A program made the translations under genes and the position numbers. 64,000 nt of DNA from positions 310,001 through 374,000 of the forward strand of contig JBEWZL010000084.1 in assembly GCA_045837725.1 (NCBI GenBank), given 5' to 3'. Each line of letters begins with the position of its first letter. Position 1 is the first letter of the stretch. The notes under the pieces are model-generated. The model saw nothing but the letters and a program-made list of their open reading frames with translations. It had not been told where the DNA came from and ran no database searches. The DNA is from Vermamoeba vermiformis (Eukaryota). Below, piece after piece: positions 1 to 12,790 of the stretch.

Positions 1-2685
1 TTTCAATAATAAGACGCTCTTTAGGCAGAACTCCACGCAGTAAGTCAGATCTTTAAAACTACAAACACAAGAAATTATTTAAAATCTTATAAAATTGTAA
101 AATAACCTGCGCATATCGGAATACCGATTAAAATATCCCTTTTTAATTTCTCGTAATAACTCTAACTCATAGGGCCGCTCCAAAGAAGAGATCCCTTGCC
201 AAAGTTTTTGGCTACACCTTAGGCGGTCTTACAGTAGCCACCGGAGCAGGATTATTAGCAGGATCTTTATATGCAGATATGAGCGTGCCTTTATTCACCA
301 AACACACGGTCAGATTTCTTCGTACCGCTTATGTGGTAAGAGATCGCGCTACGAAAAATTAATTGCTAGCTTTTTTTCAAATTAGATTCGTGATAATTAA
401 TTACTTTCATCGTTTTATTATAGGGCGCATTGATTTCTTGGGATTACAAGTGGTCTCTTCGAGATATCGAAAGAAAAGATCCGCGGTACATGCCAATCGT
501 TAATGAAGTAAGATTTTGCCTTTTTTAGCAATTAGTCTTTAATATGAAACATTTATAACCCTATATTTTACTGTTGCAGTTCGAATTTGATATCGATAAG
601 AAAAGTTAGATCTAACTTTTTTGACAGGTCAATCTAAGAACAGCCAAACGACTGCTGGACTTATGTTATGCAAATAGAGGCATTTATGTTAAAGCTGGAC
701 AACATTTAGCGTCGTTAAATCAAGTATTGCCGAAAGAATTTACCGACACTATGGCGGTGTTGCAAGACAAGGTAACACTATTAGAATTACCTCATAAGAA
801 AATGCCATAATTCAATTAAATATAATACTAATTTTCTCGTTAGGCGCAATATCAGCCGTTATCAGCAGTCGAAGAAGTTTTTCGTGAAGATTTTAATCGA
901 TTGCCAAACGAAATGTAAGTTCAAAATAGTCGAAACGGAAATACTTCCTAATTTAGTAATTGCTTACTATTTTATTAGATTTGCAACGTTTGATCCGGTT
1001 CCGATCGCTGCAGCTTCGCTCGCGCAAGTTCACGTAGCGACTTTAGCTGACGGAAGAAAATGCGCCGTAAAAGTTCAATATCCCGACATATGGCACATGT
1101 TTAGAGGCGACATTAAGACTATAGAGTTCATGGTCAATACTATCGCCTACTTATTCCCCGACTTTCAGTTCTCGTGGATCGTACCTGAGTTCAAAGAATT
1201 TTTGACCGAAGAGTTGGATTTTATTAATGAAGGCAAAAACGCTGAAAAAATTCAAAGTTTTTTCCCGAATAACAAGCAAATTCAGATTCCTAAGATTTAT
1301 TGGGTAAGTATGACGGATCCTTCACTTTTTGCCTTATTAGGCAAGACTACCCGAATCAATCACGTGACGGGCATTCACTGAAATTCGATGTCGCATCGCT
1401 GCAGGTCAATATTTCCTTTTTTGGTTACTATCCGCGAAAATAACTCTATTTTATCATTCATCATAGATTAACATTTCCTTTAATAGAACTACAGTACTAA
1501 ACGAGTCTTAACGATGGAGTTCTGTGAAGGAGTTAAAATCAACGATGTGCAGGGCATTGAGAACATGAAGCTGGACAAGGCTGAAGTCGCTAAACTTTTG
1601 ATCGATTTGTTCAGTGAACAGATTTTCGTGCATGGATTTGTACATAGGCAAGTTTAATCAACCATATTATTTAATTCTCTATTATCGAAAGATCGGTTTT
1701 AAGTACGTTTGTTTGCTCTGGATCCGTCGATGACAAAATGACACGTGTCAATTTTTCTTTACACAAGTCATAGTTTTTAACGTATTTTTGCAATTATAGT
1801 GACCCTCATCCCGGAAATATTCTCGTGGCTCCGTTAGATCCAAACTGGCGAACAAGTAACAAAAAGAACTTGAAGCCTAAGATTATGTTACTCGATCACG
1901 GCCTCTACAAAACGTAAGCGCAAATGACGCCTATTAATAGTATTAATATTAATATTCATATTTAGCCTGCCTAATGAATTGCGTGTTGATTACTGCGAAT
2001 TGTGGCGTGCGTTGATTTTACGTGACACGAAAAATATTGAACGGTACGGCAAGAAGTTAGGCGCAGGAGAGTACTGGAACTTATTGGCTCTCGTATTGAC
2101 ATTCAGACCTGTCGGAAAGTAAGTCATCAATATTGCAAAATTCTGGTCAGATCTAAAAGTAATTCTTTTTTTAGTACGGATGTAGGATTCAAGAAAGACC
2201 TAACGAAGGATGATATCGCAAAGATTAGAGAAATGTTTAAAGGACTAACACCGCGTGATGGCATGGTGATTATGACTAAGTTAATGGAAGGAATGCCAAG
2301 ACAGCTTTTGTTCGTGTTGCGAACTACGAATCTGATCCGATCCATCAACAAGGATTTGGGCGCCTCTGTAAATAGATTTCAAGTAATGGCGTCATATAGC
2401 TTAAAGGGTCTAGAAAAAGAAAGTAAGTACCATTTAAACGCAGCGTGGCTATTTTAAGATCTCGATCTGCGATAAAAGATCTAACTTTTTATCTTAGATA
2501 AGACAATAGGCGAGAAATTAAACCATTGGTGGGAAGTCCTTAGATTCGAGTTCAATCTGCAGTTCTATAATTTCCTATTCTGGATGCTTCAAAAGATCCG
2601 TTCGTATGTTGTCAAAGAGAAACCAGTTGATTTTGATCAAGTGATTGAAGATCGAATGAAACGGGTTAATTTATCCACCGCTTAA
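1..2685 (+). CDS. ABC1/UbiB-family atypical protein kinase (ADCK1/ADCK5-like), 5'-truncated, about 12 exons
   Basis: Spliced translation gives GIYVKAGQHL, PIAAASLAQVH, AVKVQYP, ELDFINEG, LTMEF, GFVHSDPHPGN and LLDHGLY, the ABC1 family motifs. Stop TAA at 2683-2685. Intron 1648-1799 is GC-AG. Confidence 0.95.
1739..1750. promoter_or_regulatory. Palindrome TGACACGTGTCA (extended E/G-box), intronic copy 1
   Basis: Exact 12-mer also at 14346-14357 and 56340-56351. Confidence 0.5.
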
Positions 2686-2956
2686 TGTACATAAACAAAA
2701 TTTACAAACACCACGAGTTTTCTTATTATTCTCTTCTAAACTAAATGAGTTGAAATAAGAAATTTATTCTCCATAATACTACAGGTATAATAATAAAGTT
2801 GTTAAAATGAGCGAGTTCAAGTCACAGGAAGAATTAGATTTCGAGTTAGCTCTCAAAAATTCAAGAAGAAGAGAAACTTTATTCTTGATCCTTCGAAGCG
2901 GGAGATCGCGTTCGTTTGGTAGTACAAAGGGTTTAAAATCACCTCTATTACTAGCA

Positions 2957-3908
2957 TTAAATCTCGTCGTTGTTATCTTGCACGTGTTGGTCGTACAAAT
3001 CGTACTGCACGTTCAAAAACTCCAAGTAATTTCTCGACATTGCTCCGGGTAATCTCGGATGTTTTTGCACGGCACTTACAACGCATTTTTTAATACTAAG
3101 ACCGCCTAATTCTGGCGGCAAGACTTGAATAGAAGTGCCACCAAGGTTAATCGTGGTGAGAAATTTGAGTTGGATCAGATCCGTTGGAATAATCTTGATT
3201 AAGGTATGACCTAATTCCAGCTTTTCCAAATTAGTCAATCGACCTATTTCTGGCGGAATTTCGCGAATTTTGTTCGAAGAAATCGTTATGGACTCGAGGC
3301 TCGTTAATTTCATCAATACTTTGGGAAATTTTGTGAACTTGCAATCCGCCAAGTTAATTTGCTTCAAATTCGTTAATAACGACATTTGTTCGGGCAAATC
3401 TGTCAACGAATTGCTATGCAAATAGATGCTGATTAAATTGGTCATTTTTGAAATTTCAGGCGGGATGTGCTGGATGTAGTTGTGTCCCAAATTCAACCAG
3501 TAGACAGAATCTAGGTCAAATATTTCAGGTGGTACTTGACTAAGCCAATTGGATGATAGAGCTAATCGTTCAACGTGAGTCAAGGTGCCGATCGAGGGTG
3601 GGATTGACTTGAGTCCAAGCCCATTCAAATCAAATGAAGTATCTTGATTTTTCTTGCAAAATTCGATTCTAGATTGAGGGACTCTGCTCTATAATCAACA
3701 TTAATAATTAAATTAATTGAAATTGAAAAGTTTTGGATTTGAAGACTAAAGCCCAGGCTTTAATCTTGGAATATTAAGCACGATAAACGATGCAAAATAA
3801 CAACAATAGTATATTTAATTTAACATCGCAAAGAAGATTTTAAGAGCTTGTAGATTTGATTCCTTCGTAAATCACCAATAAAATAACTATTAGTAATCTA
3901 CTTACCAT
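2957..3908 (-). CDS. Small leucine-rich repeat protein (about 8 LRRs)
   Basis: Exon 1 is ATG only (3906-3908, followed by gtaag). Exon 2 is 2957-3688. Repeats of LxxLxLxxNxLxxIPxEIxxL. Confidence 0.9.
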
Positions 3909-4384
3909 TGCGGATAGGTATTAGTAATATTATATACAAAAATAAGATTGTGGTTCATCCTTTGTAAAGAAGGATAAAAAGTCCGAATCCGTTCAGAAAA
4001 AGATTTATGCCCGCGAAACACGAGTTCAAACTAACAACATTTAGTAAAGCCCTGCACAAGTGATTTTAGACCACCTTTGTTGTGTATAACGATCATAGCA
4101 AGGGTCAAAGCTTCGTGACACAAGATGTCCCTGTCCCTTTGCTTTAGGTTTTGACTTGCGAGAAATATCTTCGAAAGATAATCATAAAATAACACGCACA
4201 GATGAGTGGTTGACTGAAAGGGACATTATCGTTCTGCTGGATTTTTCTGAAAGTGAAATCTAGTGTTCCCCAAAAATTTACGAAAACTAATTTTGTCTTG
4301 CTTTCCACGATCTTTTTTATTCAAGGAACAATAACAATAAGGAACACAACATAAGAAGATACAATATAACGAGATAATACAGAA

Positions 4385-6740
4385 ATGCAATACACACAAG
4401 ACGATCATATGAATCTGTTCTTAAACGAAGAGCTTAACCAACAGATCAAAGCTTTATTAGTCAATAACTACTTACAACCACTTAGTAAAAACCTAGAAGA
4501 TGTTAGAATGAAAATTAATGTAAGTCTATTGTCTTGCCAGTCGATATTTCTAAATTGCGAAATTTTTCGTCGTGCATCTGGGCTCTAAATTAATTTACGG
4601 ATTTTTTTAAAAGAATTTTCTTACAATATAATATTAATATTTTCATATTAGGGACCTCTTGAAGGAGTCTGTAATGAAAGCAGAAAATTTGCCGAAAGTT
4701 TGTCAGAACTCGTCATCAAGACGCTGCGCAGTAAGTAAAAACTATAAAACTACTATATTATAGTCATTTAAAAGCCATTATATCAAACCAAATATTTCTT
4801 ATTCAAATCAATCCCAAGTCTTGTTGAAATTCTGGATTTGGTTTGTCTTTCTTATTTTTACCAAATTTATTCGCATATTAATTTTAAATATTATAGTCCC
4901 ACCCGCGCCATTACCGCCTGGTCAATTTCCTAAGAAGTACGCCGCACTTAGCGAGCTGATCGACTCCATCCAGCTGTACTTTAGAGACCATCAAAACGCC
5001 GTGACGCGCGAGTCAGGCAGAAAATTAGTGCATTATTTGAAGGTCATTGGATTCGCCGGCAATGCTGCTAGCCATCGTGAAGGGTAAGATCTGTCAAACA
5101 AAAAAAGAAAAATCGCAACAAATCTTACTCCGAAAAGAGTCTTATTACACTACATTATTACCACCAAAAATATTCTAAAAATTACTTTCATTTTGCGGAC
5201 GTATGATCCGATACAAGATTCTGTCGCTCTTCAGGCCTTTTAGAAATTCTATATTTAGCTTAAATATTATTAGAGCTTTATTTTTCGAATCAAATCTTGA
5301 ATTACCTACATAAGAAAAATCTTTCTGGTTTTCTTTTTTTCCGCGATCCGCTACTTTTTCAACGCGTGACCGGACTATTATAACATCGCTATGAATAAAA
5401 TCTAACTTCATTCAATGCAGCCCAGTGCCCGTGAGCAAGTACGACAAGATTTGTTGCCTCGCAGCAGTGCTCGAGTGCTCACGTGTCGTGGCCGTGTTGG
5501 TCAATCCCAACACTGTGATGCAACCGCAACAACAGTACGCGCAACAAGTGGTGCCACAAGCGCAATTCACGCAATCACAACAGGGCTATCAACAAGGCCA
5601 CCAGAGCCAAGCCAGTCACGGCCAAGCCAGCGGCAACCCTGCTGACTCGAATGTGCTGCTCATCTCCAACATTGCGCCTGGCGTCGACGAGAACTTGCTC
5701 GCCGCGACTATTTTGAGCATTGTGGACGTGATGATTGTCAAGTGCAGCGTCAAAGAGAAGAACGGCTACAGACGCGCCTTCTTGCATTTGAAAGACAACG
5801 CTAGCGCTAAACTCGCACGTGATGCTCTTGACGGCAAAGGTAAGTTGTGTCATTTCATAAAATATAGTTGTTATAATAACGCTCGGCAATGCTAAAAATA
5901 TTATATTACTGCACGGCTGTCAAAAACTGTCGCTCCTGTCACCCGTGAAATTTCATGGTCGGGAGAGGGATCAAATTTTTACGGCCAGCCCGCCAATTGA
6001 TGTTTTTGCAGGCAGTGCCGAGCTTATTAATAATGTGTTATATGACGAGTACTAATGTTTTATTATCGTAGTGATCAAGAATCAAAAGATCAAGGTCCAA
6101 TTGCACGTGCCCAAGCCCAAGGCCGCCATTCCACAACAACACTCGCAGCCACAACTCGTGCAATCACACTCACAGCCTCAACTAGGCCAAGCACTCTCGC
6201 AGCCACAGTTGAATTTCTACGGTCAACAGCAACAGCCCGTGCAATTTGTTGGCTCGCAAATGGGACAGCAGCCTGTTGGTCAGTACCCTGTGTTCGGCCA
6301 ACCGCAACAACAACAGTTTGGCGTCCCGCAACAATTCGGAGGTGCAGTCGTAAGTATATTAACCACTATAGTATTTTATTAGGCTTTGTCATAAGCTTAA
6401 AATTATTGTCGAAAGATGAGATCTGGATCCGGTTACTAATTTTTTTCACTTTTTCCAGACGTTGGTGCTATCAAAGCAAGAACGCGATGTCTACGCATTG
6501 AAGTTCAGACAAATGGACCCGTTTGCTACCGGCAAGGTCTCTGGTGGCACAGCTCGTCCGACATTCGAAGCCTTTGGTTTGAGCTACACTGATCTCGCTA
6601 AGATCTGGGACATTGCTGACAAGGACAAGGACGGCAACTTGACCGAAGATGAGTTCGTTACTGCCATGGCCTTGTTGAGTGCTAAGAAGGCTGGCAAGAT
6701 TCAAGAAGTCGCCTCGAACTATAATATTATTGTGAATTAG
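4385..6740 (+). CDS. Multidomain protein: putative HEPN/DUF4145-like helical domain, Q-rich linker, RRM, Q-rich linker, C-terminal EH (Eps15-homology) domain
   Basis: Exons about 4385-4519, 4652-4730, 4897-5083, 5421-5839, 6072-6349, 6459-6740 splice in frame. RRM: LLISNIAPGVDE..RAFLHL..ARDALDGKVIKNQKIKV. EH: YALKFRQMD..GKVSG..LAKIWDIADKDKDGNLTEDEF. HEPN-like: SRKFAE..LSELIDSI..GNAASH. Confidence 0.85.
5871..6033. mobile_element. Intronic foldback element (MITE-like, or hairpin RNA)
   Basis: Three nested inverted-repeat pairs share a centre near 5951: GCTCGGCA (5881-5888)/TGCCGAGC (6016-6023), GGCTGTCAAAAA (5915-5926)/TTTTTACGGCC (5976-5986), CCGTGAAA/TTTCATGG (5943-5958). GC-rich compared with other introns. 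Confidence 0.55.
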
Positions 6741-6879
6741 GATTTTGCACAGTGGATCCAAACGTAACAATCCTAATAACAACCCAATGTACAAAGTAAT
6801 TTTTAATAAACATTTATACGACATGTGTAGATAAGTGCTCGGCACTATTATCAGCGACCCAACTTTTGAAAATTAATTT

Positions 6880-7160
6880 AATTTGTTTGCGAACGTTCTG
6901 TGAACGCTAGCGATGGAGTTGTGGTAACAATAATCAAGCTATCTTTGTCTTTCTAAGAAGGCTGGCTCCATAACAGAGAAGAAGTTTTGCCCTTTTGTAA
7001 TCTTCGATCTGCTGAGAATGAAGCAGATGTTTGCAAACAGCAATTGGCCGAACTTAGTTCAAGTTAGATCCAAGCAATTTATGGAAATTTGTCTACTTGA
7101 TCAACTGCGTGCTTTCAGCTTGAAATTCTGCAGAACAGGGATCGAAGTAGGTCCAGATTA
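6880..7160 (-). pseudogene. Possible decayed ankyrin-repeat coding relic after the stop of the 7167-9944 gene
   Basis: Minus-strand frame with in-frame stops contains KRAKLLLCYGASL, resembling the ankyrin xxLLxxGA motif. Confidence 0.25.
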
Positions 7161-7166
7161 CTTTAT

Positions 7167-9944
7167 TTAATTGATGCTTTTGCTGCCTGAATCGTCATTG
7201 AAGGGCTTGTTCCAATTAACTTCTTCGTCTTTAAATAGCTTTCTCACAGCTGCAAGTTTTGGGCTTGTATTATTTAGTAATGCCAATGGAGTTTCTCCAA
7301 ACTAATGGCAGTGAGTAACATTGTATCATTATCGGCTTATTCTTACTGTATTGAAAGCTGTCTTATTGGCTCCATGTTGCAGTAGAATTTTAATCATTTT
7401 CAAATCAGAATTTTGAGTGGCATAATGTAGTGGTGTCATTTGGTTCTATTAATTTCAATCAGACCACAAAACCAATAACATTTGCACTTACAGCATCACA
7501 TTGATTGACGTTAGATCCATTACTAAGCAATAATTGAGCCATCTTTGTATTTCCAAGTTTGACAGCCAAATGTAATGGTGATTCAGCTTGCTATGAAAAA
7601 AATGAATATTAACTGGAATTTAGCTTATAAAATCTCTTACGTTAGCTTCACTGTAGTCATTAGTGTACCCTTCTTTGAACAATAGTTGCACTCTTTTCGT
7701 ATTGTTGCTTTGAATGGCAAATGTGAGAAATTTTTTCATCAAATCGTTGCTCTTTGTATCAACAGCCACTTGCACCACTGCTTTGAATAGTTTTGGGTGC
7801 ATGGTAAATAATTCTTCAAGATCCACAAGCTCGTATAATCGTTTCTCAATAATTATTTTGATCCAAACTTTGATGCCAGCTTTTAACCGCCCCAATATTG
7901 AATAAACTTCCCTCAACAACTCTTCATGTATTTCTCCTTTAAGCAAGAAGGCAATTTTGGAGTTGATATTACCATTTGTATGTTCCTGATTGCTTGGGAG
8001 AGAATTAAGCATGTGCCACTTAGCAACTTGAGAAATATGATCGACTTTTGATTTTCTGACAAATGCTTTAAGCATGCTTTGAGTTCCACTTAAAGCCATT
8101 AATGGTGCTGCAATGTCATTTAGTTTGTTTGTTTGACTTAACCAAACCTCCCACAAAGTGACTGGAGGAGATTTGTCTGCATTAAAACTATAGTATCGAA
8201 CACAAGCATGATCCCTTCGATACATCAAATCTGCACGTATGATGTGTCCATTGGCATAGCTAAATGTGAATTTGACACATTTATCAAAATCCTCATCTTC
8301 AACTTCATCATAATCATCCTGTTCTTCCTCCTTATCATAGTCAAAATTTGTTTCATTGGCCTTGATTTGCACATGAGTATTTGACAGCTGTGCTGCAAGT
8401 TGAGTGTATGAGGTAACACTTGACAATGGAAAACCTTAAAAAGAAGTTATAAGTGATGCTAATTCGCTTTCATGCCTTCATTACCAAATAATCTTGCAAA
8501 TGCTTGAAGCATATCAGTAGGCTCAAGTTCGTAATAGTAATCCTTATCATTCTCAATCACGCTTCGACAATAGGCAACATCTTGTAAATTACTAACAACT
8601 TCAAACCACGCTTCTGCTGTTTCAAGTGATGTTAACTCTGTGCTTGCAAGATTTCTAGGGATTCCATTTCGATTTTTTCCATTGTAAAATTTGAACAGTG
8701 CTTGCTTTGGTTTTGCTCTCACAGAAATTAACGAAGTATCAAAAACTTGTCGAGAAGGGTCAAATATAATTAAGTTAACTATAGACCTCACAGAACTTTC
8801 AGCGCAGTCTGGAACCTTAATATGTGGGCCCACATCATGTCCTTTTGGCTACAAAAGAATTACTATATAGGGCTTGTAACAGATGTACTTACAATAGGAG
8901 GCACCTCTGTTGCAAATCGCTTTAATACACGTCTGTGGACAGCAATCTCATAGTCACCACAGTCATTAACATTGATTGGATCCTTTCTCTCATTATCAAG
9001 CTCAAACTTCAATTCAAACCATTCATTAAGGCACATTTTCTCTGTTGCTATGATTAGAGAAAATTAAAAAGTCTATTATAACCTACCATCCTTTGAAACT
9101 GCATCAAAAATACTGTCGAGTTTTTGATAATACGGAAACAATTCCCGCTTTGATTGCGCTCTCTCCCACATGAAGGCAAGCATGATGCTATGGACCATGT
9201 ACTTAGGGAACTTTGGCTTACTGTTCAAAGATATGAGGAAATCTGTGCCTGGTAACATATCATCAGCTTACTCGGTAGATACGTGTTCACACTCTTTGTT
9301 GGCATTAGCGACTAATTCGATAAAGTCTTGAACACGCTTTTGAGTCAGTCCAGCTTCCTTGGCCCAGCTCTTTGTTTTAAATGTTAATACCACAGTTGTA
9401 TCAAGTTAAAACTCGTACCACAACACATTTTTTAAGGTCATCTTTTGCCCTATCAGCGTCTTCAAGATGAGCAATAACTGACGCAACTCGTTCAGGATTC
9501 AGCCAGGTTGGGGCTAATGACCTGTTTTTAGTGGTATGAAGATTGTCATTCGCTGACTCTTTGTAAAACATTGCTTGAACCAATCGCTAATGTTTTTCAG
9601 GTAATGTATCATATTGATGAAATTGAAGCTTACGCCAACATTCGAACCTCGCAAATAATTCGGAGCTGATTCATACATATTTGTCAACCAATGGCTATTA
9701 AGCAAAGCGCAGCCGAGCGCAGGAGACAAGTGATAAAATTCCTTTTTCAGTAATTTCATCGTATCTTTGACGTAGCCACAATATAGAGTGGCTTTGCTAC
9801 CTCCCTTGCGATAAAATAATTAATTTTTAATTTTCAATAATTATTCGAAATTAATTTTTTGGTAACCGTTATTCCGCTTACCTGGTCCATGAAGCCACTC
9901 TTTTTCTTTGTTAATAGTTTCGTAATAAGTGACGTTCGCAGCAT
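7167..9944 (-). CDS. Uncharacterised protein with a PDCAE-motif N-terminal domain and three C-terminal ankyrin repeats; possible mitochondrial presequence
   Basis: Start MLRTSLITKLLTKKKSG (ATG 9942-9944). Short GT-AG introns join the ORF fragments in frame. Ankyrins SPLHLAVKLG, TPLHYATQNS, GETPL. Stop at 7167-7169. Confidence 0.8.
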
Positions 9945-10150
9945 TATTCGTGTTCTCGTGAAGATTGTTTTTAAAATTTAATGACTGCGTCACCGAGATT
10001 TGCAACTCATTTGCAAATTTGCACCTCATTGTCTTGCTGACCTGGCTTTTTTTTAATAGCTAAAACGACATAGTTAGCTTCACAATCTACGTACTCGAAG
10101 ATTTGAAGAACTGACATTTATTCGTACTACCGAAACAAGCTAATGAGCTG

Positions 10151-12618
10151 TTATTGATTTGCAACTTTCAAAGAGCCATAATGGAACTCAGCCTAATGAA
10201 TTATTATTAGTAAACGATTATCGCGGCAAACATCAACAACTTACGTAGTGCGATATTAAGATCATTTTTTGTGTCTTAAGAACAGTAGGATCGATCTCAG
10301 TCATGTAGTTGTCGCCTTCAACGCTGGATACAATACGAATTCGTGCGCCAAACACTTCTGCAATGGCCACGAGCGTTAAATGATCGCCCCAAATACCATC
10401 ACGTGCCATTTCATCGCAGTACGCGTCCCAGCTCTTGTCGTGCACAAAATCGCCCATCTCAGCGCCATTAGGCTAAAATTATAATAGCTGTAAGTTCGCG
10501 TGCTTCGAACTGACTTGCGTTGTGAGACTAACTTACCAATTTCCAGTTCTTGTTCTTTCGTAACCAATCAATTGCCTTCTCACGCACGTACTTGCCGTAG
10601 TTGATGTTGTCGAACAATTGATCGCTGACTGAATACATCTGACAGTTGCCATCTCTGCGATAAAAATAATTAGCCCCGTTACAAAACAGCGCAGCTTATT
10701 CTAGGACTTACCCAGGGATTTCACGCTTCTCGGCCAAGCCTGCAAGTTTCAAGCGTTGGTTCAATCGCACGCGCTGCGTGTTAATGCGCTCTTTGTCAGC
10801 TTGAGTGGCCGTCTTGCCGCGCCAAACTTCCATGATCATTTGCTTCACAGTGCTAACAGAGTGACCTTCTCGGATCAACGAGGCTTGCAATTTGTTCAAC
10901 TCTTCATCGAATTGCACGAGATCGTTCACAATGCTCATCGTCATCCAGTCGTTGTTTTGGGCTGGCTTGGGCTGTTCTTGCGGCTTCGGTGCTTCAAGCG
11001 GTTTAACGACTTGTTGCGGCTTTTGTGGCTCGGGCTTGGGCTTGTCTTCGACCACAGGCTTTGCGGCTTGTTTTGGCGCTGCTAGAGCCGAGTCAACAGC
11101 GCTCTTGAGTCGCTTGTAGCTCGGCGAGTAACTGCAGTTCATGTCGCTGAACTCGCGCACACGATACAAGCTCTCGCGGTCCAGCACGAACGGATTGCGT
11201 TGTGAGATGCTGTAGTGCTTGAACGGACCACGGTACAGCAAATTCATGAACCACGTGTGGTTACTAAATTTGGCAAGGTCGGGGTCTTCCGCGATGTAGG
11301 TCGAGTCGGGCAAGGTGCCAAATTCCATGGCAGTGTCGAGCCATAGTTTGCAATGTTCGGGCTCGTCGAGCAAGGCTGAAATACAGGCCAAGTTGTACGC
11401 AATGTTGGGATTTTTGGGCATTTGTTTGTATCCAATCTTAAGCACATTTCTCGAGTTGTTCAGCAATACTTTGCGCATCTCCTATAAAGTATTATTAATA
11501 ACTGCTACGGCGCATAATTTTTAAAGTTTTGAACGAACCTCATCGGGAGCAGATCTGGCTTTCATCAAGCTGCAATATCCTTGACCAGCCAATGCATGGA
11601 CATATTCACCAACACGAGCTTGAGCTAGTCCATTGCCTAAATACACAATTTAGACCAAGAACTTAAACTCGATCGGATTTGTAACGACTTGCAAAACGAT
11701 TACTACGATCAATATGAATGTACTTACGTTCCAAAAGTTTGGCACAGATATTGAACTTCTCCATAGATAGCGTCAAACACTTGAGGTACTCGTCTTTGCC
11801 GAGATGCGCATCCGGTACGAAATAAGTGCGAGCCAACTTCAATAAAGCTTGGCCCCACAACAAATAGGCTTGAGGCTCTTTAGTCTCGAAGTTTGATCCT
11901 TTGACTATTTAACAAAAGGTCAGTTTAAAGCCAACGAAAACTCCTGAAATTTCAAGAACGCGATCTGATCGAGTAGCAGAAGACTTACCTCGATTAGCAA
12001 GAGTTTGATGGACCTCCCATATCATTGCGTGATACAATTCTGCCATATTTCGATTGTTTTTGTCCTTGAGCTTGTCGATGTAAGACTTGCTTGTAGCGAG
12101 GATGTGCTTGATTACGAACAATTGGTCAACTCGTTCTACTGCTACTTCTGCGGCAGCAAGCATCTCCTATAGTCCACATAATAATTAATATTATTATTAA
12201 GCCAACAATATTAAAAGAGGTGACGGAGTAACAGAGTTTTCAATTGCAAAATATTAAACGGATTTAGCTCGTCTTACCAATATTAACCCAAAGCTATGAC
12301 GAATATTGCTATATAATTCATCTTCGGGCATATTCTCGCTCACGCTTTCTTGGCTGTAATTATTAATTAGAAATTGAATTTCATAATTGCGAAAATTGAA
12401 AATTAATTTGTATGAAGACTATATTATTCATATTCATTAAATAATAACTACCTTAAATTCTCTTTGACCCATCTGCAACAATTTTCTCTTATTAATCGCG
12501 AGATGACTTTGGACAAGGTCAAATCCGGATTCTTGTTGGAAGCAAATAGCTTCTCTAAATCAAGGATCGCATTCTTAGGAAGGGATGTGCCCTTCAAAAA
12601 GCACGTATAATACGGCAT
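10151..12618 (-). CDS. OTU-domain deubiquitinase with helical/TPR-like N-terminal region
   Basis: Spliced C-terminus has IPGDGNCQMYSVSDQL (catalytic Cys), WGDHLTLVAIAE and AEFHYGSL (catalytic His). Upstream YNLACISAL..WL is TPR-like. Start position less certain. Confidence 0.9.
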
Positions 12619-12790
12619 TCTTCTTGTTTGTGTTGCCTTGTGGATCTCCTGACAAAATAGAATTGAAATTGAGCAGGGCTTCGACGTCAGTTTTTTACAA
12701 GACCTATCATTTTTTTATTATCAATATCACTGTACATTGCCACACCTCATATTACCATATTACTTTAAGAGCTATTTTAAACAATCGGAG

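Noticed and set aside
9220-9640. Apparent in-frame TAA and frameshift suggesting a pseudogene or stop-codon recoding
   Set aside because: Both fall inside short GT-AG introns (gtaagc..gaacag, 51 nt; gtaagc..cattag) whose removal restores the frame.
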